Of a stretch of 64,000 nt of DNA, positions 28,884-38,314 are shown in pieces. The translations under genes and the position numbers were made by a program. The stretch lies in NCBI GenBank assembly GCA_964588685.1, contig CAZPQG010000003.1:36179-100178 (forward strand). Reading direction: 5' to 3'. The notes beneath the pieces are model-generated. The model was not told where the DNA came from. It made no database searches and was given only the letters and a program-made list of their open reading frames with translations. The DNA is from an uncultured Pseudomonadales bacterium (GTDB lineage: Bacteria; Patescibacteriota; Microgenomatia; UBA1400; PJMF01). Numbering within the stretch: the first letter of the stretch is position 1; each line of letters opens with the position of its first letter.

Positions 28884-29669
28884 ATGCTGAGTCAGGTTTA
28901 TTGGTCTTCTTTTTTGATAGTCTTTCTAATTAATTTTTGCTTTTTTCTTTTGGCTGCTATTTTTAAAACTGACAAGGTCACAGATTTAAGTTATGGCTTA
29001 AGCTTTATTTTCTTAACACTTTACCTCATTATTCGGCAGCCTGAACTTCACGCTCCCCAAATCATTGTCGCTGTGTTAATTATTCTGTGGGGGATAAGGC
29101 TAGCTGGCTATCTTTTTATTCGCATCCTTAAAATAAAACGAGATAGTCGTTTCAATAAAATTAGAAATCAGCCATTAGAATTTGCAAAATTTTGGTTTTT
29201 TCAAATAATAGCTGTCTGGGTTATCATGCTGCCGGCTATTACAATTTTAAATTTGGAGGAACGACTAGTTTTGGAACCCTTAATGATTTTGGGGGCAGTA
29301 ATTGCAGCAGCAGGCTTGCTCATTGAAAGTATTGCCGATTGGGAAAAATTTAACTTTAAAAACAAAGCAAGCAATAAGAATAGATGGATTCAATCCGGCT
29401 TATGGCAATATTCCAGACATCCAAATTATTTTGGTGAAATAACTTTTTGGTGGGGCTTATTTTTAATCGTCAGCTCTACTTTAAGTAATTGGCAATGGCT
29501 TACTATCATCGGGCCTTTCTTCATTGCTTTTATTTTAATATTTGTCACCGGTATTCCCCCGTTGGAAAAACGGTATCAAAAAAAATACGCAGATGACGAA
29601 GACTATCGCCGCTATCGTGAAGCTACTAGTGTCTTAGTGCCGCTGCCTAAAAAGTCTAAGCTGAAATAG
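28884..29669 (+). CDS. DUF1295 / steroid 5-alpha-reductase-like membrane protein
   Basis: 261 aa; 'GLWQYSRHPNYFGEITFWWGLF' DUF1295/ICMT-like motif. Confidence 0.65.
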   Translation: MLSQVYWSSFLIVFLINFCFFLLAAIFKTDKVTDLSYGLSFIFLTLYLIIRQPELHAPQIIVAVLIILWGIRLAGYLFIRILKIKRDSRFNKIRNQPLEFAKFWFFQIIAVWVIMLPAITILNLEERLVLEPLMILGAVIAAAGLLIESIADWEKFNFKNKASNKNRWIQSGLWQYSRHPNYFGEITFWWGLFLIVSSTLSNWQWLTIIGPFFIAFILIFVTGIPPLEKRYQKKYADDEDYRRYREATSVLVPLPKKSKLK

Positions 29670-29689
29670 GAATAATGTATGGAGTTAAA

Positions 29690-30184
29690 TTAAATTCTTC
29701 TTAAGCCTTCATTCACTGCCATCTGCAGCATCTGCTGAAATATTTCCTGATCTAAAAGGTAAATAATAGCCAAGGCGGTTGCCAAAATTGTTACCGCCAG
29801 CCAGCGGGTGTAAATGCCTCTGGTTCTAGCATATAAAATAATTGACAATACACCTACTAAACTCGGACCAACCACCTTGATGTCTCCCAATGGCATTAAA
29901 TAACCGCCAATTCTTTGTTGTGTGCCGCCTAAATATTCTGCCAGATTAAAATCAATCTCAAAGAAAATCAGAAAAATTTCTAAAAATAATACTACTACTA
30001 ATAATAAAGAAGCAGCTTTAGTTGACCTGCCTTCTGTGCGATAAGCTTCATAAATTGCAGCCGGCAATAAAAAAATAACTGTTATCACAGCTGAAGAATA
30101 AATAAAGCCTAAGATAATTCCGATTAAAGCCAGCACTGTGACTGCAGTACAAATATGAGGGGCGTATTTAGTTGGTTTTGCCAT
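29690..30184 (-). CDS. Hypothetical integral membrane protein
   Basis: 164 aa, 5 predicted TM helices. Confidence 0.4.
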   Translation of the reverse strand: MAKPTKYAPHICTAVTVLALIGIILGFIYSSAVITVIFLLPAAIYEAYRTEGRSTKAASLLLVVVLFLEIFLIFFEIDFNLAEYLGGTQQRIGGYLMPLGDIKVVGPSLVGVLSIILYARTRGIYTRWLAVTILATALAIIYLLDQEIFQQMLQMAVNEGLRRI

Positions 30185-30440
30185 TGAATGAAATTAGTTG
30201 TTAAATAAATTTTAAAACTGCCTTCTTAAAAGAATAGCTTTAAAAAAAATTTTAACATAACTTTTACCCAACTGCACTTTTAAATTAGATTTTTAAAAGA
30301 CTATTCGATATATTTGATTTTTTAATTAAAATTTTCCTCAGGCATGCTTGTTGTACATATCTTATTTTGCTAAACTAAATTATTATTTAAAGATTAAATC
30401 AATTAAAAAAATCAACTGATTTTTTGTTTAAATAATTATT

Positions 30441-33164
30441 ATGGCTCAACCTGCATATTACACCCAACCCTACCAAGATGTTGTTAAAGCTCTTTCTTCG
30501 AACTTAAAAACAGGTCTGACGAAACAAGAGGTTGAAAAAAGACAACAAAAATATGGTGTTAATGAAATTCACGATAACCGCCCCAAACATTTAATAGTCA
30601 CTATTTTGTGGCATCAAATTAACAGCTTGTTGATCTACATCCTGGCAATTGCAGCCGTTCTCACCTATTTTTTAGACCACGCCCTAGATACTTACGTTAT
30701 TATCGCAGTAATTTTCATTAATACTCTTATTGGCTTTATCCAAGAATATAAGGCTAACAAAGCTATCGAGTCTTTACAGAAAATTATTGTCACTACCAGT
30801 AAGGTATATCGAAATGACCAACTAATTGAAATTCCTGCTAAAGACTTAGTACCGGGCGATATTGTACTGTTGGAGGAAGGTGATCGGGTACCGGCAGACG
30901 GTAGATTGGTGAAGGCAAATAACTTAAAAACTATTGAATCTTCCCTCACCGGCGAAGCTTTTTCAGTAGAAAAAAATATTAGGAAACTACCTGCCAAAAC
31001 AAGCATGTCTGATCGAGCTAATTTTGTGTGGATGAGCACTTTTGTGGCCGGTGGTTTTGGTAGATTTATTGTCACTGCCACTGGCGAAAACACGGCTATC
31101 GGACAAATTGCTAAAGGTTTAGAAGAGATTGAGAAAACTAAAACTCATTTTGAAATTAAGACGGGCCGTTTAGCTAAGCAAATGTCTTTCATTGCTTTAT
31201 TAGGAGCTATTTTTATTTTTGCAGTTGGCTTCTTCTTTAGAGATCTCACTTTTGCTGAAATTTTTACTTTTGCCGTTGCTTCTTTAGTATCCGGCATACC
31301 GGAAGGACTGCCGGCAGTATTAGTCGTTATTCTTGCCACCGGAGCCAGACGCATGGCTGCTAAGCAAGCCATTATTCGTTCTTTGCCTGCCACAGAAACT
31401 TTAAGTGTAGTTGATGTGATAGCAACTGATAAAACCGGCACTTTAACTCAAAACACCATGACCATTGAACAAATAAATTTAATTAACGATTCGTTTACAG
31501 TCAGCGGCGACGGCTGGTCACCTCAGGGAGATTTTTATCGGGGCCAAAAAAAAATAGACCCACTGCGCAATACTGATCTAAAGAAGATAAGCACCATAGC
31601 CGGCTTATGTAGTCGAGCCCAGCTCATTAATAAAGGTACAAAAAATGATCCTGACTATCAAATAAACGGTGATCCGACTGAAGGAGCATTGACAGTCCTA
31701 TCTCATAAGGCTGGCTTAAAATCTAGCATAGAACAAATTGAGGTCATCGATGAACTTCCCTTTAACCAAGAAGTAAAATTTAAAGCTGTTTTGATTGAGG
31801 AAGACCAAAAACGACAAATTTTTGCCAGTGGTGCGCCGGAGTCTATTATCAAACTATGCAATAAGAAATTAAGCAATAAAAAAGAATCTGCATTTACCAA
31901 AAAACAAAAGAAAGAACTATTAGCACAAGTTAAAGAAGCGTCTGCTCAAGCTATGCGGATTATTGCTTTGGCTTATAAAAAAGCCCCCGGCAATAAACGC
32001 AACTTATCAATAGATACTGTTGATGATTTAGTTTTTACAGGTTTTGTGGGTATGATCGATCCACCCAGAAAAGGAGTTAGTGAGGCAGTGGAAAAAGCTA
32101 TTGGAGCCGGGATTAGAGTTATTATGAAAACCGGCGACCATAAGGAAACAGCCTTAGCAATCGCCAAACAAACCGGAATTATCTCTCAAACCGATAATCA
32201 AAAAGGTGCTAAGTTCCCGGCAGCCTTAACGGGAGAAGAATTAGCGGCTTTATCTGAAGAAAAATTTAAAAGAGCTGTGGAAGAAGTCTCTGTTTTTGCT
32301 AGATTAACACCAGAGATGAAATTAAAAATACTGGAAACCCTGCAGGCGCAAGATCACAATGTTGCCATGACAGGCGATGGTGTCAACGACGTTCTAGCTT
32401 TAAAAAAAGCAGATATTGGTATAGCCATGGGAAAAATTGGTACTGACGTGGCGCGGGAAGCTAGTGATATTGTGCTGGCTGATGATAATTTTTCCTCATT
32501 AATTGATGCTGTGGAAGAAGGCCGTGTGGTTTTTGTTAATACTCGTCAGGCTAGTGCTTTTTTAGTAACTACTAACTTAGCTGAAGATTTTATTATCCTT
32601 ATTGCCATTACTCTTGGTTTACCGCTACCCCTACTAGCTTCGCAAATACTATGGCTAAATTTAGTAACCGACGGCGTAGTAGATATTGCTCTAGCAGCAG
32701 AACCAAGTCACGGCGATGTTTTAGCACAGCCTCCAAGAAAAAAAGAAGAAAACATTTTATCTAAAAAAATGCTGGGTCTATTGTCGCCGATAGTATTTTT
32801 TATGGTACTAACTTCATTATATGTTTTTGTTAGTTTTCTGCCGCAAGGAATTAACAAAGCCCGAACCGGAGCCTTCACAGTCATGGTTTTTACGCAATTA
32901 ATTAATATTTTTAATATGAGGTCCTTGGATAAGTCGTTATTTGAAATCGGTTTGCTAAGTAATAAATATATTGTCGGCTCAGTGCTATTATCTTTATTCC
33001 TGTTTTATTTTGCAATGAACAATGCTTTTTTAATTGAAACTTTTAATTTTGAACCACTAACTCAATTTGAAGTGATTAAAACAGCTGCCTTAGCCGGCAA
33101 CGTTTTTATCGCAGGTGAATTTTATAAACTTGGAAGAAAATTAGCCACAGCTTCTAAAAACTAA
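30441..33164 (+). CDS. P-type cation-transporting ATPase, type IIA-like (Ca2+/Mg2+)
   Basis: 907 aa; 'DKTGTLTQN' phosphorylation site, 'TGDGVNDVLALKKADIGIAMG' hinge, 'MKTGDH'. Confidence 0.9.
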   Translation: MAQPAYYTQPYQDVVKALSSNLKTGLTKQEVEKRQQKYGVNEIHDNRPKHLIVTILWHQINSLLIYILAIAAVLTYFLDHALDTYVIIAVIFINTLIGFIQEYKANKAIESLQKIIVTTSKVYRNDQLIEIPAKDLVPGDIVLLEEGDRVPADGRLVKANNLKTIESSLTGEAFSVEKNIRKLPAKTSMSDRANFVWMSTFVAGGFGRFIVTATGENTAIGQIAKGLEEIEKTKTHFEIKTGRLAKQMSFIALLGAIFIFAVGFFFRDLTFAEIFTFAVASLVSGIPEGLPAVLVVILATGARRMAAKQAIIRSLPATETLSVVDVIATDKTGTLTQNTMTIEQINLINDSFTVSGDGWSPQGDFYRGQKKIDPLRNTDLKKISTIAGLCSRAQLINKGTKNDPDYQINGDPTEGALTVLSHKAGLKSSIEQIEVIDELPFNQEVKFKAVLIEEDQKRQIFASGAPESIIKLCNKKLSNKKESAFTKKQKKELLAQVKEASAQAMRIIALAYKKAPGNKRNLSIDTVDDLVFTGFVGMIDPPRKGVSEAVEKAIGAGIRVIMKTGDHKETALAIAKQTGIISQTDNQKGAKFPAALTGEELAALSEEKFKRAVEEVSVFARLTPEMKLKILETLQAQDHNVAMTGDGVNDVLALKKADIGIAMGKIGTDVAREASDIVLADDNFSSLIDAVEEGRVVFVNTRQASAFLVTTNLAEDFIILIAITLGLPLPLLASQILWLNLVTDGVVDIALAAEPSHGDVLAQPPRKKEENILSKKMLGLLSPIVFFMVLTSLYVFVSFLPQGINKARTGAFTVMVFTQLINIFNMRSLDKSLFEIGLLSNKYIVGSVLLSLFLFYFAMNNAFLIETFNFEPLTQFEVIKTAALAGNVFIAGEFYKLGRKLATASKN

Positions 33165-33204
33165 AAGAGCCTAGAGTTTAAATAAGGACCTATTAACGTG
33201 TTTT

Positions 33205-35154
33205 TTAAACTTTAATCTGTTCTAAAAGATCGTCTAAATCAGCTGTAGCTACACACACCACTTTATCTGCTCCTCCATAATAAACAAACAATGTTCCTTT
33301 TACTATCACAGCGCCGCAGGGAAAGACTACGTTGTCTACGTCACCAATTCTTTCGAACTCTTCAGTCGGTTTGAGAATCGGATAAGGAGTTCTGTAAAGC
33401 ACATTGCCGGGATCGTCTGCTTCCAGCAGCATAAATCCGACACGATAATGATGATCAATATCTGACACACCGTGATACAGCATTAGCCAACCTTCATCAA
33501 CTTTTAACGGCGGTCCGGCTATTCCAATCTTCTTGCCATCCCACCAATTTTCTCTAGGCTTGATATATTGTTCTTTTTCCAACCATACATCTTTTCCTCT
33601 TAACTCTTCCAAATCATGTAAATAATCAATAGCAATATCTTTACCTGCCATGCGATGCAAAATTACATACTTGCCTTTTACCTTCTCGGACAGAAGGCAG
33701 CTATTTTTATTATCTATATCCGGTGAAGAAATCACCTTCGGCTCTGACCACTGCCAATTATGATTTAAAAAATCATTGACTGCAATAGAAGACAGGGCGA
33801 CTCGTGGTGGATTGACTCCATCATAAGCTGTATAAAACATATAATATTCATCACCTAAGCGGGTAATACGCGGATCTTCGCAACCGGATAACCGGCCAGC
33901 CTCTTTTTTTTGTTCAAAAGATTTACGCGGCACGTAAATTGGCTCATGATAACGTTTAAAATGAAAACCGTCATCACTTTCAGCTAATCCTAAAGTTGAA
34001 GTACTATCAGGAGATTGCGCTCGATAAACTAAATAAAACTTATTGTTTTCATAAATTGCAGCCGGATTAAAGACGGAATTTGCCTCCCAAAAATTTTCTG
34101 TTCTGGGTGTTAAAATCGGATTTTGATGAAATTTAACCAAATGAAATGTTTCCTTAAAAGGATTTTGTTTCATTTGCTTAATTAGTTTTGATAGAGAAAC
34201 TTCAGCTGCAGCACAATGAGTATCGGCAGCTCCATAATAAAGACGCAATGTCTTGCCTTCAAGTAAAGCCGAAGACGGAAAAATAACATTGGGCACCAAA
34301 CCTTCGCTCTCATAATCAAAATCAGGATTTGGTGTTAACAAGGGCCTTTTGGTACGCGCTATTATCCGCTGCGGATCTTCCAAATCCAGCAAAACTGCTT
34401 CTATGCCAAAAATTCTTTTTTCTTCGATCGGATAATGTTGAATATGAGCATAAGTCAACAGCCAGCCCTCTTCGGTTTTTACAGGCACACCGCCTACTTC
34501 TATCTGATCATTGTCAATCCTGCACAAATTAATTTCATGCTGCTTTAATTCTTGATACCACTTTTCCCAATAACCCGGAGACCAAATATCATCCAGGTGG
34601 TCAAATCTAGCTACTGCAATTGAGGAAGGCGGCCGATCAGTATTGGGCGTCAAAATTGCCACGTATTTATTATTAATTTTTTCAGGCAAAAGAGTCATCG
34701 CCTTGGCGTTAAAATGGGTGATCAAATGTTTTTCTTGAATAGTTTGCAGATCTTTACTAATAGCCAAGGCAATTCTGATGCCTTCTGCCGTTGGAGGATG
34801 CTGGCTAAGAGCAGTGTAAAAAATAAAATATTTGCCATTCAGTTTAGTAACTCTCGGATCTTCGCAGCCATATTTCTCCCACTCATATTCCGGGATAATT
34901 AGTTGCCTTCGATTGGTTAAATCAAGCCCATTTTTACTTTGAGCATAACCAATAGTCGATAAGCTCATGTGATGATCAATATAATCATGTTCTTTGCTAA
35001 AAGCTCGATAAAGAACATGATATTTTTCTTCTCCCTCTTTAATTACGCTGGGATTAAAAGTTCCCCGAGCTTCCCAATCTTGATTCAAATCAGGAGATAA
35101 AATAGGGTTCTTCTGATGTCTGCTAATAATATTTTTTTTATCTTTTTTTGCCAT
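33205..35154 (-). CDS. Glycoside hydrolase family 130 (DUF377, beta-mannoside phosphorylase-like) protein with two complete GH130 modules in one chain
   Basis: 649 aa; module 1 'NPILSPD...GCEDPRVTKLNGKYFIFYTA...LRLYYGAADTH'; module 2 'NPILTPR...GCEDPRITRLGDEYYMFYTA...LFVYYGGADKV'. Confidence 0.65.
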   Translation of the reverse strand: MAKKDKKNIISRHQKNPILSPDLNQDWEARGTFNPSVIKEGEEKYHVLYRAFSKEHDYIDHHMSLSTIGYAQSKNGLDLTNRRQLIIPEYEWEKYGCEDPRVTKLNGKYFIFYTALSQHPPTAEGIRIALAISKDLQTIQEKHLITHFNAKAMTLLPEKINNKYVAILTPNTDRPPSSIAVARFDHLDDIWSPGYWEKWYQELKQHEINLCRIDNDQIEVGGVPVKTEEGWLLTYAHIQHYPIEEKRIFGIEAVLLDLEDPQRIIARTKRPLLTPNPDFDYESEGLVPNVIFPSSALLEGKTLRLYYGAADTHCAAAEVSLSKLIKQMKQNPFKETFHLVKFHQNPILTPRTENFWEANSVFNPAAIYENNKFYLVYRAQSPDSTSTLGLAESDDGFHFKRYHEPIYVPRKSFEQKKEAGRLSGCEDPRITRLGDEYYMFYTAYDGVNPPRVALSSIAVNDFLNHNWQWSEPKVISSPDIDNKNSCLLSEKVKGKYVILHRMAGKDIAIDYLHDLEELRGKDVWLEKEQYIKPRENWWDGKKIGIAGPPLKVDEGWLMLYHGVSDIDHHYRVGFMLLEADDPGNVLYRTPYPILKPTEEFERIGDVDNVVFPCGAVIVKGTLFVYYGGADKVVCVATADLDDLLEQIKV

Positions 35155-36826
35155 GAACCGCCTTTTTTAACTGCTGTTTTTTCTGTTTATTATTTTTTTT
35201 GCCAGCTTTAGGCTTTTTTTTCTTCATTCTTGCCAAAGTAGTGGGTTTTAATTGAGCATCGCCTGAAGTTTTTAACTGTTTTAAGAATTGATCTAAATTA
35301 GCGGTAGCTACGCACACATATGAATCAGCACCGCCGTAATAAACAAATAAAGTGTTGTTTAACACTACTGCTCCGCACGGATAAATAACACCGGCTTTAA
35401 AGCCGTCATTTTCATACCAAGCATCAGGTTCTAAAATTGGCTGCCTGGAGCGGCGCAAAACTAATGTCGGATCATTTAAATCCAGCAGCATGGCCCCAAT
35501 TTTATAAGGATGCCCTTCTTTATCATCAACTGCTTGATAGATTAAAAGCCAGCCATCTTTAGTTTTAATCGGGGGAGCTCCAACGCCAATCTTCCTGCTG
35601 TCCCACCACAACGGTGATCTGGGACTAATTTTTGCTTCTGCAGATAAATATTCTCCGTTCTTGAAATCTAAATCATCTACAAAATCTATTAGAATATCAG
35701 GAAAGACTCGATGAAAAACAACGTATTGATCATTGATTTTCTCCGGTAAAATACAGGCGCTTTTCGTTACTACTCCGGGCTTTGAAATCAAGACAGGATG
35801 AGTCCAAAGCCAATTGTGATTTAAAAAATCAGCCACCGAAATTGAACTTAAGGCAATCCTCGGCTCTGAATACCCATTAAAAGCCACATATGTCATATAA
35901 ATTCTATCTCCAATCCTAGTCACACGGGGGTCTTCGCAGCCGCCGCAGCCGGCTGAAGCAAAACTCATGTTTACTTGTCCGGGAGCAACCGAGCTTTCAA
36001 AAGGTTGCGTCGGAATAAAAACAGGTTTATCCAAACGTTCATCAATATGCAGCCCGTCAGAGCTGGAAGCATAGCCAATAGAAGAGGTATAGTTATGATC
36101 TTGGGCTCGATAAAGCAAATGCACTTTGTCAACATCATACAAAGCAGCCGGATTGAAAGTAGTGAAGGCTTCCCAGTCATTTTCCGGTTTTGGAGCCAGC
36201 ACCGGATTGTTTTTAGGTCGATTCAATTGCGATTTTTTACGAACTTTAATTTGTTCACTAATGCGATATTCGGGATAAACTGTGGCCCAAACAGCCTCGC
36301 CCTCAACTAACCAATAAGCAATATATTTACCTTTTATTGTCAATAAATCAACAAACTCTATAGTGGTGCCTGCTACATTGTCGTTCATTTTCCAGATTGG
36401 TTCGCTGTGGCGCCAAATTAATTGCGGCGCATCTCCTTTGCTAAAAGCAGCCACTCCAACATAATAATACGGTTTATCATGATAATGATAAAAAACTAAT
36501 ACTCCTTCCGGTACCGGAAAAGCATTTTGAATTGTAAGTTTAGATTGATTTAAAAATTCACTGCCCGGAGCCAATAAAGAAAAATAACGATCATATAAAA
36601 ATGATCGCATTTTTTGTCTGATTTTAGGATATCTTTTAACTTCAAAATCCCTAGCTTTATATTGACGAAAAACAAAGCCGTCCAAACTTTTAGCAGAGTA
36701 TATAATTTTCTCTGTTTTTTTACCTTGAACAACCAAGTGTACGGTGTCTTGATATTCACAAAAATATATTTTTTGAGAAATTAGCTTTTTTTTATCTGAC
36801 TGATTAAAATCAAAAACCTTTAACAT
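35138..36826 (-). CDS. GH130-family (DUF377) protein with ~200-aa N-terminal domain of unknown function and Lys-rich C-terminal tail
   Basis: 562 aa; 'NPVLAPKPENDWEAFTTFNPAALYD', 'GCEDPRVTRIGDRIYMTYVA', 'LFVYYGGADSYV'; tail 'KKKKPKAGKKNNKQKKQQLKK'; overlaps downstream GH130 gene by 17 nt. Confidence 0.65.
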   Translation of the reverse strand: MLKVFDFNQSDKKKLISQKIYFCEYQDTVHLVVQGKKTEKIIYSAKSLDGFVFRQYKARDFEVKRYPKIRQKMRSFLYDRYFSLLAPGSEFLNQSKLTIQNAFPVPEGVLVFYHYHDKPYYYVGVAAFSKGDAPQLIWRHSEPIWKMNDNVAGTTIEFVDLLTIKGKYIAYWLVEGEAVWATVYPEYRISEQIKVRKKSQLNRPKNNPVLAPKPENDWEAFTTFNPAALYDVDKVHLLYRAQDHNYTSSIGYASSSDGLHIDERLDKPVFIPTQPFESSVAPGQVNMSFASAGCGGCEDPRVTRIGDRIYMTYVAFNGYSEPRIALSSISVADFLNHNWLWTHPVLISKPGVVTKSACILPEKINDQYVVFHRVFPDILIDFVDDLDFKNGEYLSAEAKISPRSPLWWDSRKIGVGAPPIKTKDGWLLIYQAVDDKEGHPYKIGAMLLDLNDPTLVLRRSRQPILEPDAWYENDGFKAGVIYPCGAVVLNNTLFVYYGGADSYVCVATANLDQFLKQLKTSGDAQLKPTTLARMKKKKPKAGKKNNKQKKQQLKKAVHGKKR

Positions 36827-37333
36827 TAATTAAGATTGGTGGATATAAAGATTCGTCTATTAATTTTTAATAATATTATTTTAAAAATAAAAATAAGCTG
36901 CAAACAATCAACGCGCTAAACCAATAAACCATCTAAAGAAAAACTGTTTTTACACAATAAATTAAGTGCAATCTTATGTATTAATTTTTATAGTTTTATT
37001 TTCTTTAATCTTTACTGCTACAATCTTCAGTATAGGGGGGAGTGAAAGCAAAATCAAGTTGAAGTTTTTTAAAGATACTTAGTGTTAACAATGATAGCAT
37101 TGTGTCAACTAATTAATTAATATTAAATTGAATAATTGTGTTTTATTAAATTGTATTTAGCTAAATTCAATCAAACCACTATTAATTGAGCTAGATACAA
37201 TCCAACTATTACTTAAGTAATTAAAACACATCCAACTACGATACAGCTGTTACTAATAAATTAGCTTGCAAATTTTAATATTCATCGGTTAAGATTGAAG
37301 TAGTATTAATTAATAATAATTAAAAAGGAATTT

Positions 37334-38152
37334 ATGCCTTCACCTTTAAATCAGACCCAAGATAATCAGCAGCCATCTACCCAAACTACTCAGAATGATA
37401 ATAAATCATCAGGAACAAAAGGAGTTTTAATAGTTTTAGCTATCATTGTGATAGGCATTATTGGCATACTTTTAGCAATTAGCAGTGGAGTTTTAGCCGC
37501 TCCATCCTGGCTGCTTAATTTAGTCCCCCCTTCAATGCTGCCGCCAGCTTCGCTGACTCAATTAAGTGATGAAGAAGCTAAACTTGGCTTAATGATGGAA
37601 ACCGGCAGACCAGGTGTTTGTACCATAACCAGTACAGAAGATGAGACTAAAATGACTTATTATATTAAAGATGAAAAATTTAAAATTGAGAGCACAACAG
37701 TGCAAGACGGTCATGCCATTAACAGCTATATTCTCAATGACGGCGAATATCAATATCATTGGACAGATATGGAAACACAAGGTACAAAAATAAAGCTGCC
37801 ATCTCAAGAAGAAACAGAAGAATTAGAGGAGCAATATGACGAATTGGCTGAGCAATATCAAGCTGAATGGGATCTAGAAGATTTAACAGATGAATATCAA
37901 GAAGAGGAAGACCAATTCGAAGTTAATTGCCAGCTTAAAAACGTGGATGATTCAGTTTTTACAGTTGCCGCTGAAATTGAATTTACAGAATTTGGAGAAA
38001 TGGACAAATATTATCCTGATGAAGCAATGGATTTTGAAGTAGATGAAGAATCGCCCAAGAATATAGAAAATTTGGAAGACTTAGATGATGACGACATGAA
38101 AGAATTAGAACAATGGGCAGAAGAGATGGAGGAAAAATTTGAGCAGCAATAA
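37334..38152 (+). CDS. Hypothetical N-terminally membrane-anchored protein with highly acidic (D/E-rich) C-terminal half
   Basis: 272 aa; TM helix at residues ~30-55; C-terminal 'EETEELEEQYDELAEQYQAEWDLEDL...'. Confidence 0.4.
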   Translation: MPSPLNQTQDNQQPSTQTTQNDNKSSGTKGVLIVLAIIVIGIIGILLAISSGVLAAPSWLLNLVPPSMLPPASLTQLSDEEAKLGLMMETGRPGVCTITSTEDETKMTYYIKDEKFKIESTTVQDGHAINSYILNDGEYQYHWTDMETQGTKIKLPSQEETEELEEQYDELAEQYQAEWDLEDLTDEYQEEEDQFEVNCQLKNVDDSVFTVAAEIEFTEFGEMDKYYPDEAMDFEVDEESPKNIENLEDLDDDDMKELEQWAEEMEEKFEQQ

Positions 38153-38314
38153 AAAGCTGAAAATAATTTTAGAGATAGCTTGAATAACTAATAAGATTTA
38201 AAGTTGATAATGTACTATTGACAACATATGATTTAAGTGGCTAATTTCTTGAAACATCTTATTTAATTTCAAATGTCTGTAAAATTTGAATTTATTAACA
38301 GCTAAGAACTTAGA

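Noticed and set aside
30692-36310. Antisense or internal ORFs (30692..31093, 31145..31441, 31703..31900, 31973..32167, 34329..34532, 34714..34902, 35971..36180, 35975..36310, 36550..36759)
   Set aside because: All embedded in or antisense to well-supported long genes (P-type ATPase, GH130 genes); typical shadow ORFs.
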